This document shows, piece after piece, positions 1 to 10,302 of a DNA stretch of 64,000 nt. Numbering within the stretch: position 1 is the stretch's first letter; every line of letters begins with the position of its first letter. The DNA comes from Orbicella franksi (lineage: Eukaryota). The DNA is taken from positions 18,476,001 to 18,540,000 of the forward strand of contig OZ116703.1 in NCBI GenBank assembly GCA_964199315.1. The letters are read 5' to 3'. The notes beneath the pieces were generated by a model. That model searched no databases and was not told the origin of the DNA. It saw only the letters and a list, made by a program, of their open reading frames with translations. The position numbers and the translations under genes were made by a program.

Positions 1-228
1 ACACTCGAGAAAGTTTGGGAGAACTCAAAAAAGTTGTTGGAAACACTCGCCTGGGCTCATGTTCCCACAGCATTTCTCGTTCGCCCAAACTTCCACTCAT
101 GTTTCTATAACTGGATAGAAACAGGGCACATGTTTTCTATTTCTTAAATGTAAATAAGTTTTCTGAGGAGATTTTAATTAAGGTCTTATTATTATTAAAA
201 ATCTTTAATGAGGAAGCCTATATCTCCT

Positions 229-845
229 GAGGTGTGGTGGCCTTAAATGGTCAGACCGTGCTGGCCTCTTGATTGAACAATCTGGGTTCGAGCCCTGGCC
301 AGGGACATTGTGTTCTTGGGCAAGACACTTTACTCCCGGGGGGGGGGGGGAGGAGGAGGGGGGGACGGAGGGAGGCACTCCCAGATAAAGAGGATGGGGG
401 CACTTGTCGTACCTTTTAGGGGGTAAAAACGCAGTTTTGGTACCTCCTAGGGTGTTCAGCCTCGAAAGGTCCACAGCAGGAGCTTTTGTGGTACCTTTTA
501 GGGTATTAATGGAGCCGATATGACAGGAGATAATGTGTTGTTTTGAAATTAGTACCTGCTTAGGGGTGAAAAACATTTCAGGCCACACCCACAAAACAGA
601 ATCTTGGCACCTCTTAGAAGTTCATTTCAAAATTTCTGACGAGCACCCCTGGCCTCTTTATATGGGAGTCCCCCCCTGACTTTACTCTCACAATGCCTCT
701 CTCCAACCAGATGTATGAATGCCAGTGAATTTAATGCTGCTCATCCAGGGGAGAGTAGAAATACTCCTAGCTGCTTCATGCTACTGAAACCGCGAGATAA
801 GCACCGGCCTAATTGCGCCACTTCGCTCATATGCAGACTTTTCCT
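229..845 (+). mobile_element. tRNA-derived SINE-like repeat interrupted by a G/C-terminal MITE (about 339-677)
   Basis: B-box-like GGTTCGAGCCC head and body (GGCAAGACACTTTACTC...CTCTCCAACCAG...GCAGACTTT) recur at about 16990-17460, 59275-59490 and 62690-62850. The MITE is flanked by duplicated ACTTTACTC. Boundaries are approximate. Confidence 0.55.
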
Positions 846-1355
846 TAACCTTTTTACTTGTATCTCCAGAGGAATGGGTTAGACTTGTTTCGCTTACCAG
901 TGTTGAAAGACATTGGCTTATAGAAGTGACAGCAGAAGAAAGATGACTACTTGCTTAAGGTGGCCGAACACAGTTTTTGATACCTGTGTTTTATTCACCT
1001 TTTTCTCTAAAACCCTTGTTCCTTTAGATCGCCAAAAATGGCGCGATGCAAGTTAACAACACAGACATTGTTTCTGATAGGTCTGCTGACTTATGTGCCA
1101 TTGCCATGGCAACATAAATAAATATAAACAGGCCTTTAAAATTGGTTTTGCTTATAATTTTTGCAATAAATCTAGTCATTAGAGTGTCTTCATCATTTGC
1201 ATATAACACGATTGCAACATGGTAACGCGATATTAATAATAGTTTAGCAAAGACGGATAGTTAGTTATCCTTTGTTGAAGGATAACTGGAATATCAAGAA
1301 TTTCCTTTGTTAGATTTGAATTTTTTGCGATACTCCATTTCCGTATTTTCCAAAG

Positions 1356-1975
1356 TGTGAGGAGAGAGAATTAGATAATTAAGTACGTTTAACATATTCG
1401 CTTTCGCTGTCGGAAAATATAGAAATCCAACATAGATATATTTGTGTTAGTTCGTTTTGCATTTCTGAGTTACAGGTTACTGTTCCAGTTCATTGACCGT
1501 AATGGACACCTGCTAGTTTGTTGTAGGATCATAACTGTAATAAGCGTTCAACTGTAATTGCTACCTGCGATAGTCTTTTGTTAAACTGTTATCTACCTGT
1601 GTTGTCTTGAAAGTTATTAATCTTGTAAACATTGAATTCTGTTTTAGCCAATCGAGCTTTCTGAAATGTATTAGATAATATTTAGTTAAGAATTTTTAAT
1701 AGCTTTACCTAATCCTTTAGAATTGCGCTTTCGGCTTAAATAGTCGTGCCTTGTGAAATATTCTTTGGTTACATTCTGGCTGCATTCCGGTTATGTTCCG
1801 ATTGCATTCTGGTTGTATTCGTGGATTAAAACGATATCGTTGGACCTAAGTTCTGAGTGCTGTTGACGTCTCTCAAGGTAATTCCCTGTAACAGATCCGG
1901 TACTGATCCCCGCAGCAAGAGAGTTTCCCAGGTTTTTACAGAAGTGCTTTCCCAGGCCAAAAACCTATTATCACA
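1356..1975 (+). repeat. 5' LTR (620 bp)
   Basis: TG...CA ends with a TGTGA/TCACA inverted terminus. Full-length match to 37717-38336; the last 147 bp are identical to 8933-9079. Confidence 0.95.
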
Positions 1976-1976
1976 G

Positions 1977-1993
1977 TGGTTGGAGAAGCGTGG
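1977..1993 (+). promoter_or_regulatory. Primer-binding site (TGGTTGGAGAAGCGTGG), loosely tRNA-Ala-like
   Basis: TGG lies 1 nt after the 5' LTR end and resembles the complement of tRNA-Ala 3' ends (TGGTGGAGA...). The tRNA assignment is uncertain. Confidence 0.55.
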
Positions 1994-2136
1994 TAGTTAC
2001 AGAGGAATTATCAATAGACGTTTGAAGCAGTCCAGAACGGAATCTAACCCCTTGGAGCGAACGACAAGAAAACGACGCCCAAGTAAGTGAAAAAAAAAAA
2101 CAAAACAACAACAACAACAAATTTTTTTGACAGTTC

Positions 2137-5100
2137 ATGTCGAAGTTATTCAAAAGAAAAAAGAAACCGTATAATTTGAGAAGCCAGAAGCAATTGTACG
2201 GAAGCAGTACGCCCAAGTCGAAGGTTGACGCCTGTGTGGAATGCGATTTGCCCTTCGACGAAAGTGAAATAGCCCCCGAGTTACGACGCGAACGAAGCCC
2301 CAGAAAAGGAGAAAGTTCCGGATTACCAGAAGCCCGCCCAGATAAAGCTGATAGAGTAAATGAGACGAATTTGGAACCCATTGATATCAGCGTCGAGCCC
2401 AGCTACAGAGAAAGTACCAGTCCAAGCGAACCACCCCCAGATCTCGAGAAAACCCATTGTTCGCGAGAGGAAGTTTGCGTTGAAATAGAAAAACAGGATA
2501 GCACTGATCCTGACGAATTTTGCACAAAAGAACATTTAGAAAAAGGCAGAGAAAAAGAGAGAGCAAAGGAAGACATTACGAAAGAAAACAACCTCACAGC
2601 AGGTGGCCAACAGGTACCAGTTATTAATTCACCTGCTGATATCTACAAACACTTTCCCATAAGGTTAAGCTACGAGGAAAGCCTAGAAGAGGATCCTAAC
2701 GAATCAAATTTGGATTCTAGCGATAACAGCGACTCTGAAGACTATTTTAGTCATAGTGGTGAAAGAGAATCACCCCTATTTACAACAGACAAAGAAAAAC
2801 TACATACTCGTGAAACTCTAGCAACAGGTACCATGCAAGCCGAAGTGTTAGAGCAATTACAGGAGCAAGTTGACTTTTTACAACAAGAACTAAGGAGTCA
2901 ACAGCAAAACCATCGGGAATTTCGCCAGAGAACTATCAATGCTATGGAACAAGCTCCAATTCCGGACACATCTAGTTCACAAAGGCCCGCTCCATTTCAC
3001 GGCTTCGATTCCGAAGATATTAACCGATGGCTTGACAAAGTGGAGCATTATTTAAATTTACGCCGAATACGTACAGACAGTCCCACCGCACTCGCAGAAC
3101 TGATATTAAACCTCGCAGGACCCGCAGAGGATTTCTATTATTCCTTGGATGAGGGCAGAAAGGATACATTCATAGCATTGCGGGAAGCTTTGAGGGAGAG
3201 GTTCGCGAACGAAAATCAAAATTGGATCATCTGGCAAGCAATTACGACCCGTCAACAGGGACCTGTTGAGTCTATCGACACCTACCTGAATGATTTGACC
3301 AGCAAGTTTCGCAGAATAAAGATCTCGGACGAAGACAAGATGAGATATTTTGTACAAGGTTTAAGAGCTGATTTACGAGAGACTGTTCTACTAAAGCAAC
3401 CTAAGAGTTTTCAAGAACCTGAGGAGATGGCTCGTCTCGCTGCCGCAGTGAAAACAACTATGAACAATTCCAATCAAACCATGGCCGCCCAGTTAAGTAA
3501 CTTGACAAAAACGCTCAATACCATGGCAGCAGGTACCAGTAACACAGTAAATAATCAACAACAAGCCATGCAAGTGCAAATTGAAACATTGGCAAAGAAA
3601 ATTGATAGCCTGTTGCCGACACAAGCCAAACCAGACAAGGTTGCGGCATATTCAGAACCTGGAAAAGATGAGCAGATCATGAGACTTCAGAGACTTATTC
3701 AGGAACTGACTAATGAAATGAGAAGTTTAGACCGACGTGTGGATGCACGAATTAATGGAATTGTTCAACGTGGAAGAGATGTTAGAGCCAATCCACAGAG
3801 ATCAAGGGATGGAAGGCCTTTCTGTTTTTATTGTGGAGAAACTGGTCACATTCAAATTAGTTGTCCACAACGCCATTCACGCGAGCGAGGACCAGTACCC
3901 AGGTACGCACTGCCACCGCCAGGGAACACTGAACGAAATGTACCCAGGTACGCACTACCACCGCCAGGGAACTTTGAACGAAATCGTAATCCGCCGAGCT
4001 TCCAGCCACGTCAGAGAGCCTCAGGCCCTGGTCGCCAAGATCGACTAGCTGTTTTGAACGATGATTATTATGACCTACCAGAAGATTATATGGCACAAAT
4101 GGGATATTATGATATTACTGGAGTCGACTATGATGACTACCCTGGCGAATGGGACGACTATTATGAATATAAACCAGAAGAAGAATATCATGGCCTAGCG
4201 GAAGAATGGAACAAAGCTTACCCAAAGAAAGGAAGTTATCAGCCACTCACTGACAACTTATGCGCTGAGGCAATTCCCGTCAATGAGATTGGAACGGTGG
4301 AACAGCTGACATCTAATCCAGAAACTTTAAAACAAACTAGTGAGGAACAAACCACAGAGGGAGAGGAATTTACTGATGATTCCGATGAATTAACCAATGT
4401 CACTTCTACGCCACAAGCTACACCTGCTGACAAACAGGATTCCTCTCTATGTGCTACTTTGGGAATGGACACCGTTGAGGACCAATTTGCAGATGCTGAT
4501 GAGACTGAAGAAGTGGTAAACAATGACCAGCCCGTGCAATCAGCAGTGGGTAAAACCTTCCCGCAAAAACGAGAAACCACTGACCAATACCAGGAACCAG
4601 CCGTTATAGACGCTGTACCTACTAAAGATATTGGAGATACTCGTTTGCTACCACCAACAGCCACTCCGAGCGCCTTCAGCGATGCAGATGACGCCCGAGA
4701 CGACCTAAAAGCAGTATTAAAAGCAGAGCCCACCCAGTTAAACGATGGTGCTGCCTACACAAGTCCTGTCAGTGAAACCTCAAGAGAAACTGCAGATATA
4801 TTCAAAGTGGGATCAGAGACAGTGGCCACAGAGAAGCCAGCTTATCCTATAGATTCTACCACCGAAGAAACCACCTCGAGTGCAATAGAGAAGGAGAAAG
4901 TAGCATCACCAACCAGTGAACCTATAGTTCAAAATCCTGGAAGCAAACAGAAATCAGCCAGAACCAAACATGTAGCTTCTACTTCTGCAAAAGGGCCACA
5001 ACCCGACCTTACAGTGGAAGTACAGATAAATGGAAAAACCACTAGATGTCTCGTGGACACAGGAGCTGCTGTTTCTGTTTTGGATGCAGACCACATGTTG

Positions 5101-8100
5101 GAATTGTATGATGGTCACCCTCCACCTTTAAAACCAAGTGAGTCAAGGTTGTTAAAGACAGTTAGTGGAGAGAATTTGCCTGTGCGTGGAATATTATGTA
5201 CATCCATCAGCATCGCAGGTGGTAACTACCCTTGTGAGTTCAAGGTTCTAGAAGGCGTCACGTATAAGGGTGTCTTAGGAAGAGACTTCCTACGGGCTAC
5301 TCGTGCCAACATCAGCTTTGACAAATACACTCTGCAGCTGAAAGATACAGCACCTGTTACTTTTTCAGAGGACCTTCTGGTACTGATTGCCCCAGTGACT
5401 TACGTCGTACCACCACGAAGTGAAACGGTGATTCCAGCCAAAATTAAAGGAGACGTTCCACCAGGAGCTATTGGTTTGATTGAATCTGTACCACGCTTAG
5501 CTGAACGCTATCACCTACAAGGAGCAGCTGCCTTAGTAAAAGTGGCCGAAGGAGAAACAGTGCCCTTTCGCCTGATCAACCCAACGAGTAAGCCAATCAC
5601 CCTATACAAAGGAGCTAGTCTGGGGACATTTTCCGAAGCTAGTGGTGATCCTGACTTCTGTCCTGTCGGAGATAGCAGTCCTATGCAGCCTCCACGACAG
5701 GAACAAGACGAAGTGCCAGTTGACCTACAAAGTTCATCATTGACCCAAGAACAGCAAGAGCGCTTAAAGGCCCTGCTGAACGAATACAGAGATATTTTCG
5801 CCGTCACACCGGAGGAACTTGGTCGCACCAACCTAGTACAGCACCATATTGATACCGGAGACCATCGACCGTTACGTTCGCGTCCTTACCGCGTTCCGCA
5901 TACACAGAAGGAAACTATAGAGAGCCACATTAATGATATGCTGAGCCGTGACGTCATACAGCCTTCAGCTTCGCCCTGGGCCAGTCCAGTGGTCTTGGTT
6001 CCGAAGCCCGATGGCTCTTCACGATTTTGCTGTGACTTCAGAAATCTGAACAAGATTACAAAGAAAGATTCTTACCCCCTGCCTTTGATATCCGAGAGCC
6101 TAGAAGCGTTGGGAGGAGCGAAGTTTTTCAGCAGTGTTGATTTGCTATCTGGATACTGGCAGGTGGAAATGGACCCCGCCTCTCGTGAGAAGACCGCTTT
6201 CGTCACCCATGCTGGCTTGTATGAGTTTACCACAATGCCTTTCGGTCTCTGCAACGCCCCAGGTACGTTCCAGCGCTTGATGGAATGCGTCCTTAGAGGC
6301 CTGACTTGGCAAATTGCGTTGATCTACCTTGATGACGTCCTGATATATTCCCGAACCTTCGAGGAACATTTGCAGCATCTTCGCCTGGTCTTTGATCGCT
6401 TTCGTGAAGCCGGTTTAAAACTTAAGCCAAGTAAGTGCCATTTTGGACAGACTAAGGTCAATTATCTGGGTCACGTGATCACGCCCGAGGGATTACAGCC
6501 TGACCCTGCCAAGGTCAAAGTAGTTCAGGAATACCCTGTTCCTAAAACTGTCAAAGATGTCCGAGCTTTCATGGGTCTCACCAACTACTATCGTAAGTTC
6601 ATTAAAGGATGTGCCCAGATTGCCAGTCCCCTGCACGAGCTGACCAAGAAGGGAATGAAATTCGTCTGGACCGATGCTTGTCAAGACGCTTTTGACACTC
6701 TCAAGAAAGCACTGACGGAAGCACCTATCCTTGCCTACCCAGACTTCAATCTCCCCTTTATATTGGCCACCGACGCAAGCAATGACGCTATCGGTATGGT
6801 TCTAGGACAGAAACAGAATGGACGCGAGGTTGTTATCTCTTATGCTGGAAGAAAACTGAATCCTGCAGAACGCAACTACAGTGTAACAGAACGTGAAGCA
6901 CTGGCAGTGGTTGACGGTGTACGACACTTCCAGACCTACCTGTATGGCCGCCAATTCACGGTATTTACAGACCATAATGCAGTTCGTTGGTTGATGAATA
7001 TCAAGGAGCCAACTGGTCGATTAGCTCGATGGGCATTACTTCTCCAGCAACACGACTTCACCATTGAGCACCGCGCCGGTAATTGTAATGGAAATGCTGA
7101 TGCCCTCTCCCGACGTACGTATGATCCTGTGGTTGCGGCCTACGACAAACCAGGTGTGCAGGTAGAGAGAATTTGGGAACTACAACGTAAGGATCCATCC
7201 CTAGCTGACATCATCACCTACCTTGAGACAGAAGAGCTGCCTTCCAATGGCGCTACAGCCAAAGCAATTATGCATTCCATTGACGACTACTATTTGGACC
7301 CTAGTGGACTGTTGTGTCACCTTTGGATTCCCAAAAGCCGCCGTATCCAAACACCAAAGTCCCAGTTGGTGGTACCAACCCCATTACGGCACGAGATTTT
7401 AGTTGGAGGCCACGACGATCCCTTAGCAGGACATTTGGGAGTGAACAAAACTTATGACAAACTACGTGACAAGTATTATTGGCCCAAGATGTTTGCCGAT
7501 GTACAGCATTGGTGTCTGTCGTGTACGCACTGCCAAATGAAGAAAAGCCCAAAGCAGCGCAAAACCGCACCCATCCTACCTATTCCTGTAGAGGGACCAT
7601 TTGACCGCGTAGCTGTCGATTGTTTGGGCCCATTTCCTGTCACGACTTCCAATAACAGGTACATTGTGGTTTTCTCCGACTACTTAACACGCTACCCAGA
7701 AGCCTTTGCCGTGCCTTCCATCGATGCACCCACGATTGCTGATCTTCTGGTCAACCAGATTATGCCACGCCATGGTGCACCCCGTACGCTGCTATCTGAT
7801 AGAGGCTCCAATTTCCTCTCTAGCCTGGTGCGTGAAGTTTGTTTTCTGATGGGCACTAAGAAGGAGTTTACGTCCAGCTATCATCCTCAATGTGACGGAT
7901 TAGTGGAACGTTTCAATGGTACTCTAGCGCAGAGTCTGTCCCACTATGTCAGCAGTGACCAGAAGGACTGGGACCGGTACTTGAACCCCGTGCTCTTTGG
8001 TTATCGTGTCTCCCCATCAGAAGTTACCGGAGAGTCTCCGTTCTATATGTTATATGGTAGAGAACCACGCTTACCAATGGATGTTTCTTTCTTGCCTCCG

Positions 8101-8970
8101 CGAGAAATTTCTGCCTCGATTGCTGAACACCGTGCCCGTGTTGTGGAGAATATAGAAATTGCCCACCGCATAGCCAAGGAGAATATTCAGCGAGCTCAAC
8201 AGCGAATGAAGGACTACCATGACCTCCATGCTGTTCCTGCGAAGTACCAAGTAGGTGAACAGGTTTGGGTTTATACCCCTCGCAACCGCAAAGGCCTCTC
8301 TAAGAAATTGGCACACAATTATCATGGACCGTACAGGATAGTCAAATTTCTGTCTCCTGTTCATTGCATCCTCCATGCCTCAGATAATCGCCGTATTTCC
8401 ACCACAGTCCATGTAACTCGCCTCAAGCCTTACGTGTCTCCAGACACACGGCCGATACGCCACCCCCCAGAGCTGGTTGACGAGCCATATTTGACTGAAG
8501 AAGATTTTCCAGAAGACAGTTTTTTGGTAGAACACCAGGAGGTTATCCCTGAGTCCCAGGACCCTGACCGCGCATGCATACCAGGAGCTACCTACGGCGT
8601 ACCGCAGCTAGAAAATCTCCCAACAGCGCCCACAGGTTCCGTCGCGCATGCACCCCAGGCCCTTGCCAATGCAACCACTGGAATGACGACTGTAGTAACA
8701 AAGTCTGTACGCCGTCCAAGTAATGACACTCCAGAAAGAAACGTATCGCTCACCACGGATAAAACCCCAGATTCTGACGGTGATATTTATCAGGTTGAGA
8801 AGCTGCTTAAGCAACGAATGAAAGACGGTGAACATCAGTTTCTTATTAAATGGTTGGGATTTCCTCATGGTCAAAACAGTTGGGAACCTGCTTCCAATAT
8901 TCTGAACAAGCACCTTATCAAGCAATTTTATGAAACGATATCGTTGGACCTAAGTTCTGAGTGCTGTTGA
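2137..8970 (+). CDS. Gypsy Gag-Pol polyprotein, single ORF: Gag, CCHC knuckle, aspartic protease, RT, RNase H, integrase, GPY/F, chromodomain
   Basis: Motifs: CFYCGETGHIQISC; LVDTGAAVS; SVDLLSGYWQ and YLDD; TDAS/EREAL/TDHN; H-H-C-C zinc finger (HDDPLAGH...CLSCTHC); D-D-E (VAVDC, LSDRG, LVERF); HGPYRI; YQVEKLL...IKWLGF...SWEP. The stop codon is supplied by the 3' LTR remnant. Confidence 0.95.
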   Translation: MSKLFKRKKKPYNLRSQKQLYGSSTPKSKVDACVECDLPFDESEIAPELRRERSPRKGESSGLPEARPDKADRVNETNLEPIDISVEPSYRESTSPSEPPPDLEKTHCSREEVCVEIEKQDSTDPDEFCTKEHLEKGREKERAKEDITKENNLTAGGQQVPVINSPADIYKHFPIRLSYEESLEEDPNESNLDSSDNSDSEDYFSHSGERESPLFTTDKEKLHTRETLATGTMQAEVLEQLQEQVDFLQQELRSQQQNHREFRQRTINAMEQAPIPDTSSSQRPAPFHGFDSEDINRWLDKVEHYLNLRRIRTDSPTALAELILNLAGPAEDFYYSLDEGRKDTFIALREALRERFANENQNWIIWQAITTRQQGPVESIDTYLNDLTSKFRRIKISDEDKMRYFVQGLRADLRETVLLKQPKSFQEPEEMARLAAAVKTTMNNSNQTMAAQLSNLTKTLNTMAAGTSNTVNNQQQAMQVQIETLAKKIDSLLPTQAKPDKVAAYSEPGKDEQIMRLQRLIQELTNEMRSLDRRVDARINGIVQRGRDVRANPQRSRDGRPFCFYCGETGHIQISCPQRHSRERGPVPRYALPPPGNTERNVPRYALPPPGNFERNRNPPSFQPRQRASGPGRQDRLAVLNDDYYDLPEDYMAQMGYYDITGVDYDDYPGEWDDYYEYKPEEEYHGLAEEWNKAYPKKGSYQPLTDNLCAEAIPVNEIGTVEQLTSNPETLKQTSEEQTTEGEEFTDDSDELTNVTSTPQATPADKQDSSLCATLGMDTVEDQFADADETEEVVNNDQPVQSAVGKTFPQKRETTDQYQEPAVIDAVPTKDIGDTRLLPPTATPSAFSDADDARDDLKAVLKAEPTQLNDGAAYTSPVSETSRETADIFKVGSETVATEKPAYPIDSTTEETTSSAIEKEKVASPTSEPIVQNPGSKQKSARTKHVASTSAKGPQPDLTVEVQINGKTTRCLVDTGAAVSVLDADHMLELYDGHPPPLKPSESRLLKTVSGENLPVRGILCTSISIAGGNYPCEFKVLEGVTYKGVLGRDFLRATRANISFDKYTLQLKDTAPVTFSEDLLVLIAPVTYVVPPRSETVIPAKIKGDVPPGAIGLIESVPRLAERYHLQGAAALVKVAEGETVPFRLINPTSKPITLYKGASLGTFSEASGDPDFCPVGDSSPMQPPRQEQDEVPVDLQSSSLTQEQQERLKALLNEYRDIFAVTPEELGRTNLVQHHIDTGDHRPLRSRPYRVPHTQKETIESHINDMLSRDVIQPSASPWASPVVLVPKPDGSSRFCCDFRNLNKITKKDSYPLPLISESLEALGGAKFFSSVDLLSGYWQVEMDPASREKTAFVTHAGLYEFTTMPFGLCNAPGTFQRLMECVLRGLTWQIALIYLDDVLIYSRTFEEHLQHLRLVFDRFREAGLKLKPSKCHFGQTKVNYLGHVITPEGLQPDPAKVKVVQEYPVPKTVKDVRAFMGLTNYYRKFIKGCAQIASPLHELTKKGMKFVWTDACQDAFDTLKKALTEAPILAYPDFNLPFILATDASNDAIGMVLGQKQNGREVVISYAGRKLNPAERNYSVTEREALAVVDGVRHFQTYLYGRQFTVFTDHNAVRWLMNIKEPTGRLARWALLLQQHDFTIEHRAGNCNGNADALSRRTYDPVVAAYDKPGVQVERIWELQRKDPSLADIITYLETEELPSNGATAKAIMHSIDDYYLDPSGLLCHLWIPKSRRIQTPKSQLVVPTPLRHEILVGGHDDPLAGHLGVNKTYDKLRDKYYWPKMFADVQHWCLSCTHCQMKKSPKQRKTAPILPIPVEGPFDRVAVDCLGPFPVTTSNNRYIVVFSDYLTRYPEAFAVPSIDAPTIADLLVNQIMPRHGAPRTLLSDRGSNFLSSLVREVCFLMGTKKEFTSSYHPQCDGLVERFNGTLAQSLSHYVSSDQKDWDRYLNPVLFGYRVSPSEVTGESPFYMLYGREPRLPMDVSFLPPREISASIAEHRARVVENIEIAHRIAKENIQRAQQRMKDYHDLHAVPAKYQVGEQVWVYTPRNRKGLSKKLAHNYHGPYRIVKFLSPVHCILHASDNRRISTTVHVTRLKPYVSPDTRPIRHPPELVDEPYLTEEDFPEDSFLVEHQEVIPESQDPDRACIPGATYGVPQLENLPTAPTGSVAHAPQALANATTGMTTVVTKSVRRPSNDTPERNVSLTTDKTPDSDGDIYQVEKLLKQRMKDGEHQFLIKWLGFPHGQNSWEPASNILNKHLIKQFYETISLDLSSECC

Positions 8971-9079
8971 CGTCTCTCAAGGTAATTCCCTGTAACAGAT
9001 CCGGTACTGATCCCCGCAGCAAGAGAGTTTCCCAGGTTTTTACAGAAGTGCTTTCCCAGGCCAAAAACCTATTATCACA
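8933..9079 (+). repeat. 3' LTR remnant (last 147 bp only)
   Basis: Identical to 1829-1975 and joined directly to the chromodomain coding sequence. No polypurine tract lies upstream. Confidence 0.93.
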
Positions 9080-9888
9080 AAAGTATTCTCTTGCCAAATT
9101 TTGTGAAATTCTAGCAAATGGTTCTCGAGAAATATGGCTGGCGTATTTCCGAGAAAGCTAATCATGGCTCTCTGAGTGTCAATTTTTTTACTAACTGTGC
9201 ATGCGCTGCATTTAACTGGGTTCTTTCGGTAGCAAAGAAATATCTAAGAATTGCTGGGTTCTTTGCATGATAACTTCTTTTTCTGATAGATTGTAGGTAA
9301 TTACCCACCAGCATTTCGTCAGCTCATCCCGACAAAACTCCTGGTTGGAGGAGAGCGGCCCTGGGGGAATAAGGGGCCCAGTAGGAAACTCCCATATGAA
9401 AAGGACTGTTATGCTCTTCGGAAAAATACCACTTAAACAGAGTAGGCTTGATTACCAGCCGCTGTTCAGGAAAAGAGCCTGAGCTAGTAGACTGGACTTG
9501 AGAGAACGGCAGAAATTGAGCCTCAAAACGGAAATGAGAGCGTTTTGTAATCGTTATCTCTTTGAGTGCTGCGTAAAAGATACTTTGACAGCTTAAAATA
9601 GTAGCGTTTCGTCCTGAAAACCTTAAGTGAGACCAGCATCTTTGATTTGCACCCCTAAGTGAGACAATGATTATCCCTGACCTTTTCTTATGGGAGTCCC
9701 CACCCTCCGGCATAAAGGGTCTGAACCTAGCCTGGACTAGCCTGGGCTATCCTGGGCTCAAACTTGAATCTTTAACCCATTACACACTCGGCTATGGCAA
9801 CCTCTCTCCTGATTAAAAGAGCAGGCCTCAAGAGAAACATTGTTGATGTAATGGGTTTGTTTCTTGTATCTTACATGTTCACTGTTAG

Positions 9889-10266
9889 CAGACACACAAG
9901 CAGAACATACTATTCAGCAAGGAATGCAACAAGTGGCATCTGAAAATTTCTTGGAGGCAGGGGCAGAAGAAATGGCAGCTACCATTCCTATTAAGGAACA
10001 ATCTCAGAACACCCAGCCTCTGAATTTGATTCATAATGTAACACCGAGTGAGGATAGTTTAAGAATAGAAGTCAAGTGCCTAACTCTGGAAAGTCTCGAA
10101 CGTCTGTGGCAAGACTATCGTTCTGGTCAGCTAAATCGCATGGCGGAAGAACTTCTAGTGACGGATGATATTAAGAGAAAATTCAATGTGGAGTCCATTA
10201 CGTTGAAAACAAGTATTTCAGAAGACGATTACCTGGCCTGTAAGGAGTACCTGTCCAATAGACCAG
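9889..10266 (+). CDS. Unit A: 378-bp phase-1 exon encoding a TRADD-N-like domain
   Basis: Acceptor TGTTAG, donor CCAG|GTAAG, open frame. SLRIEVKCLTLESLERLWQDYRSGQLN motif. Paralogous to 20183-20560 and 42860-43237. Confidence 0.7.
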
Positions 10267-10302
10267 GTAAGGCGCCTTATAGCATTTTGTGAATCTATTT
10301 AA

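Larger units (their letters stand above)
1356..9079 (+). mobile_element. Ty3/Gypsy chromovirus-like LTR retrotransposon with truncated 3' LTR
   Basis: Begins TGTGA and ends TCACA. A 4-bp TSD AAAG lies at 1352-1355 and 9080-9083. The paralogous empty site TTTTCCAAAGTATT is at about 17953-17966. A single gag-pol ORF lies inside. Confidence 0.95.

Noticed and set aside
1857-2090. Three ORFs with identical N-termini (1857, 8961, 38218; MLLTSLKV...)
   Set aside because: They are translations of the same LTR sequence from a non-ATG start, not genes.
1971-8925. Many minus-strand and alternate-frame ORFs over gag-pol (and over 44439-48462)
   Set aside because: Shadow ORFs of long coding frames with no recognisable motifs.
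9300-9335. Hammerhead-like GATGAG...CGAAA on the minus strand
   Set aside because: The core reads GGGATGA rather than CTGATGA, and flanking helices are not evident.
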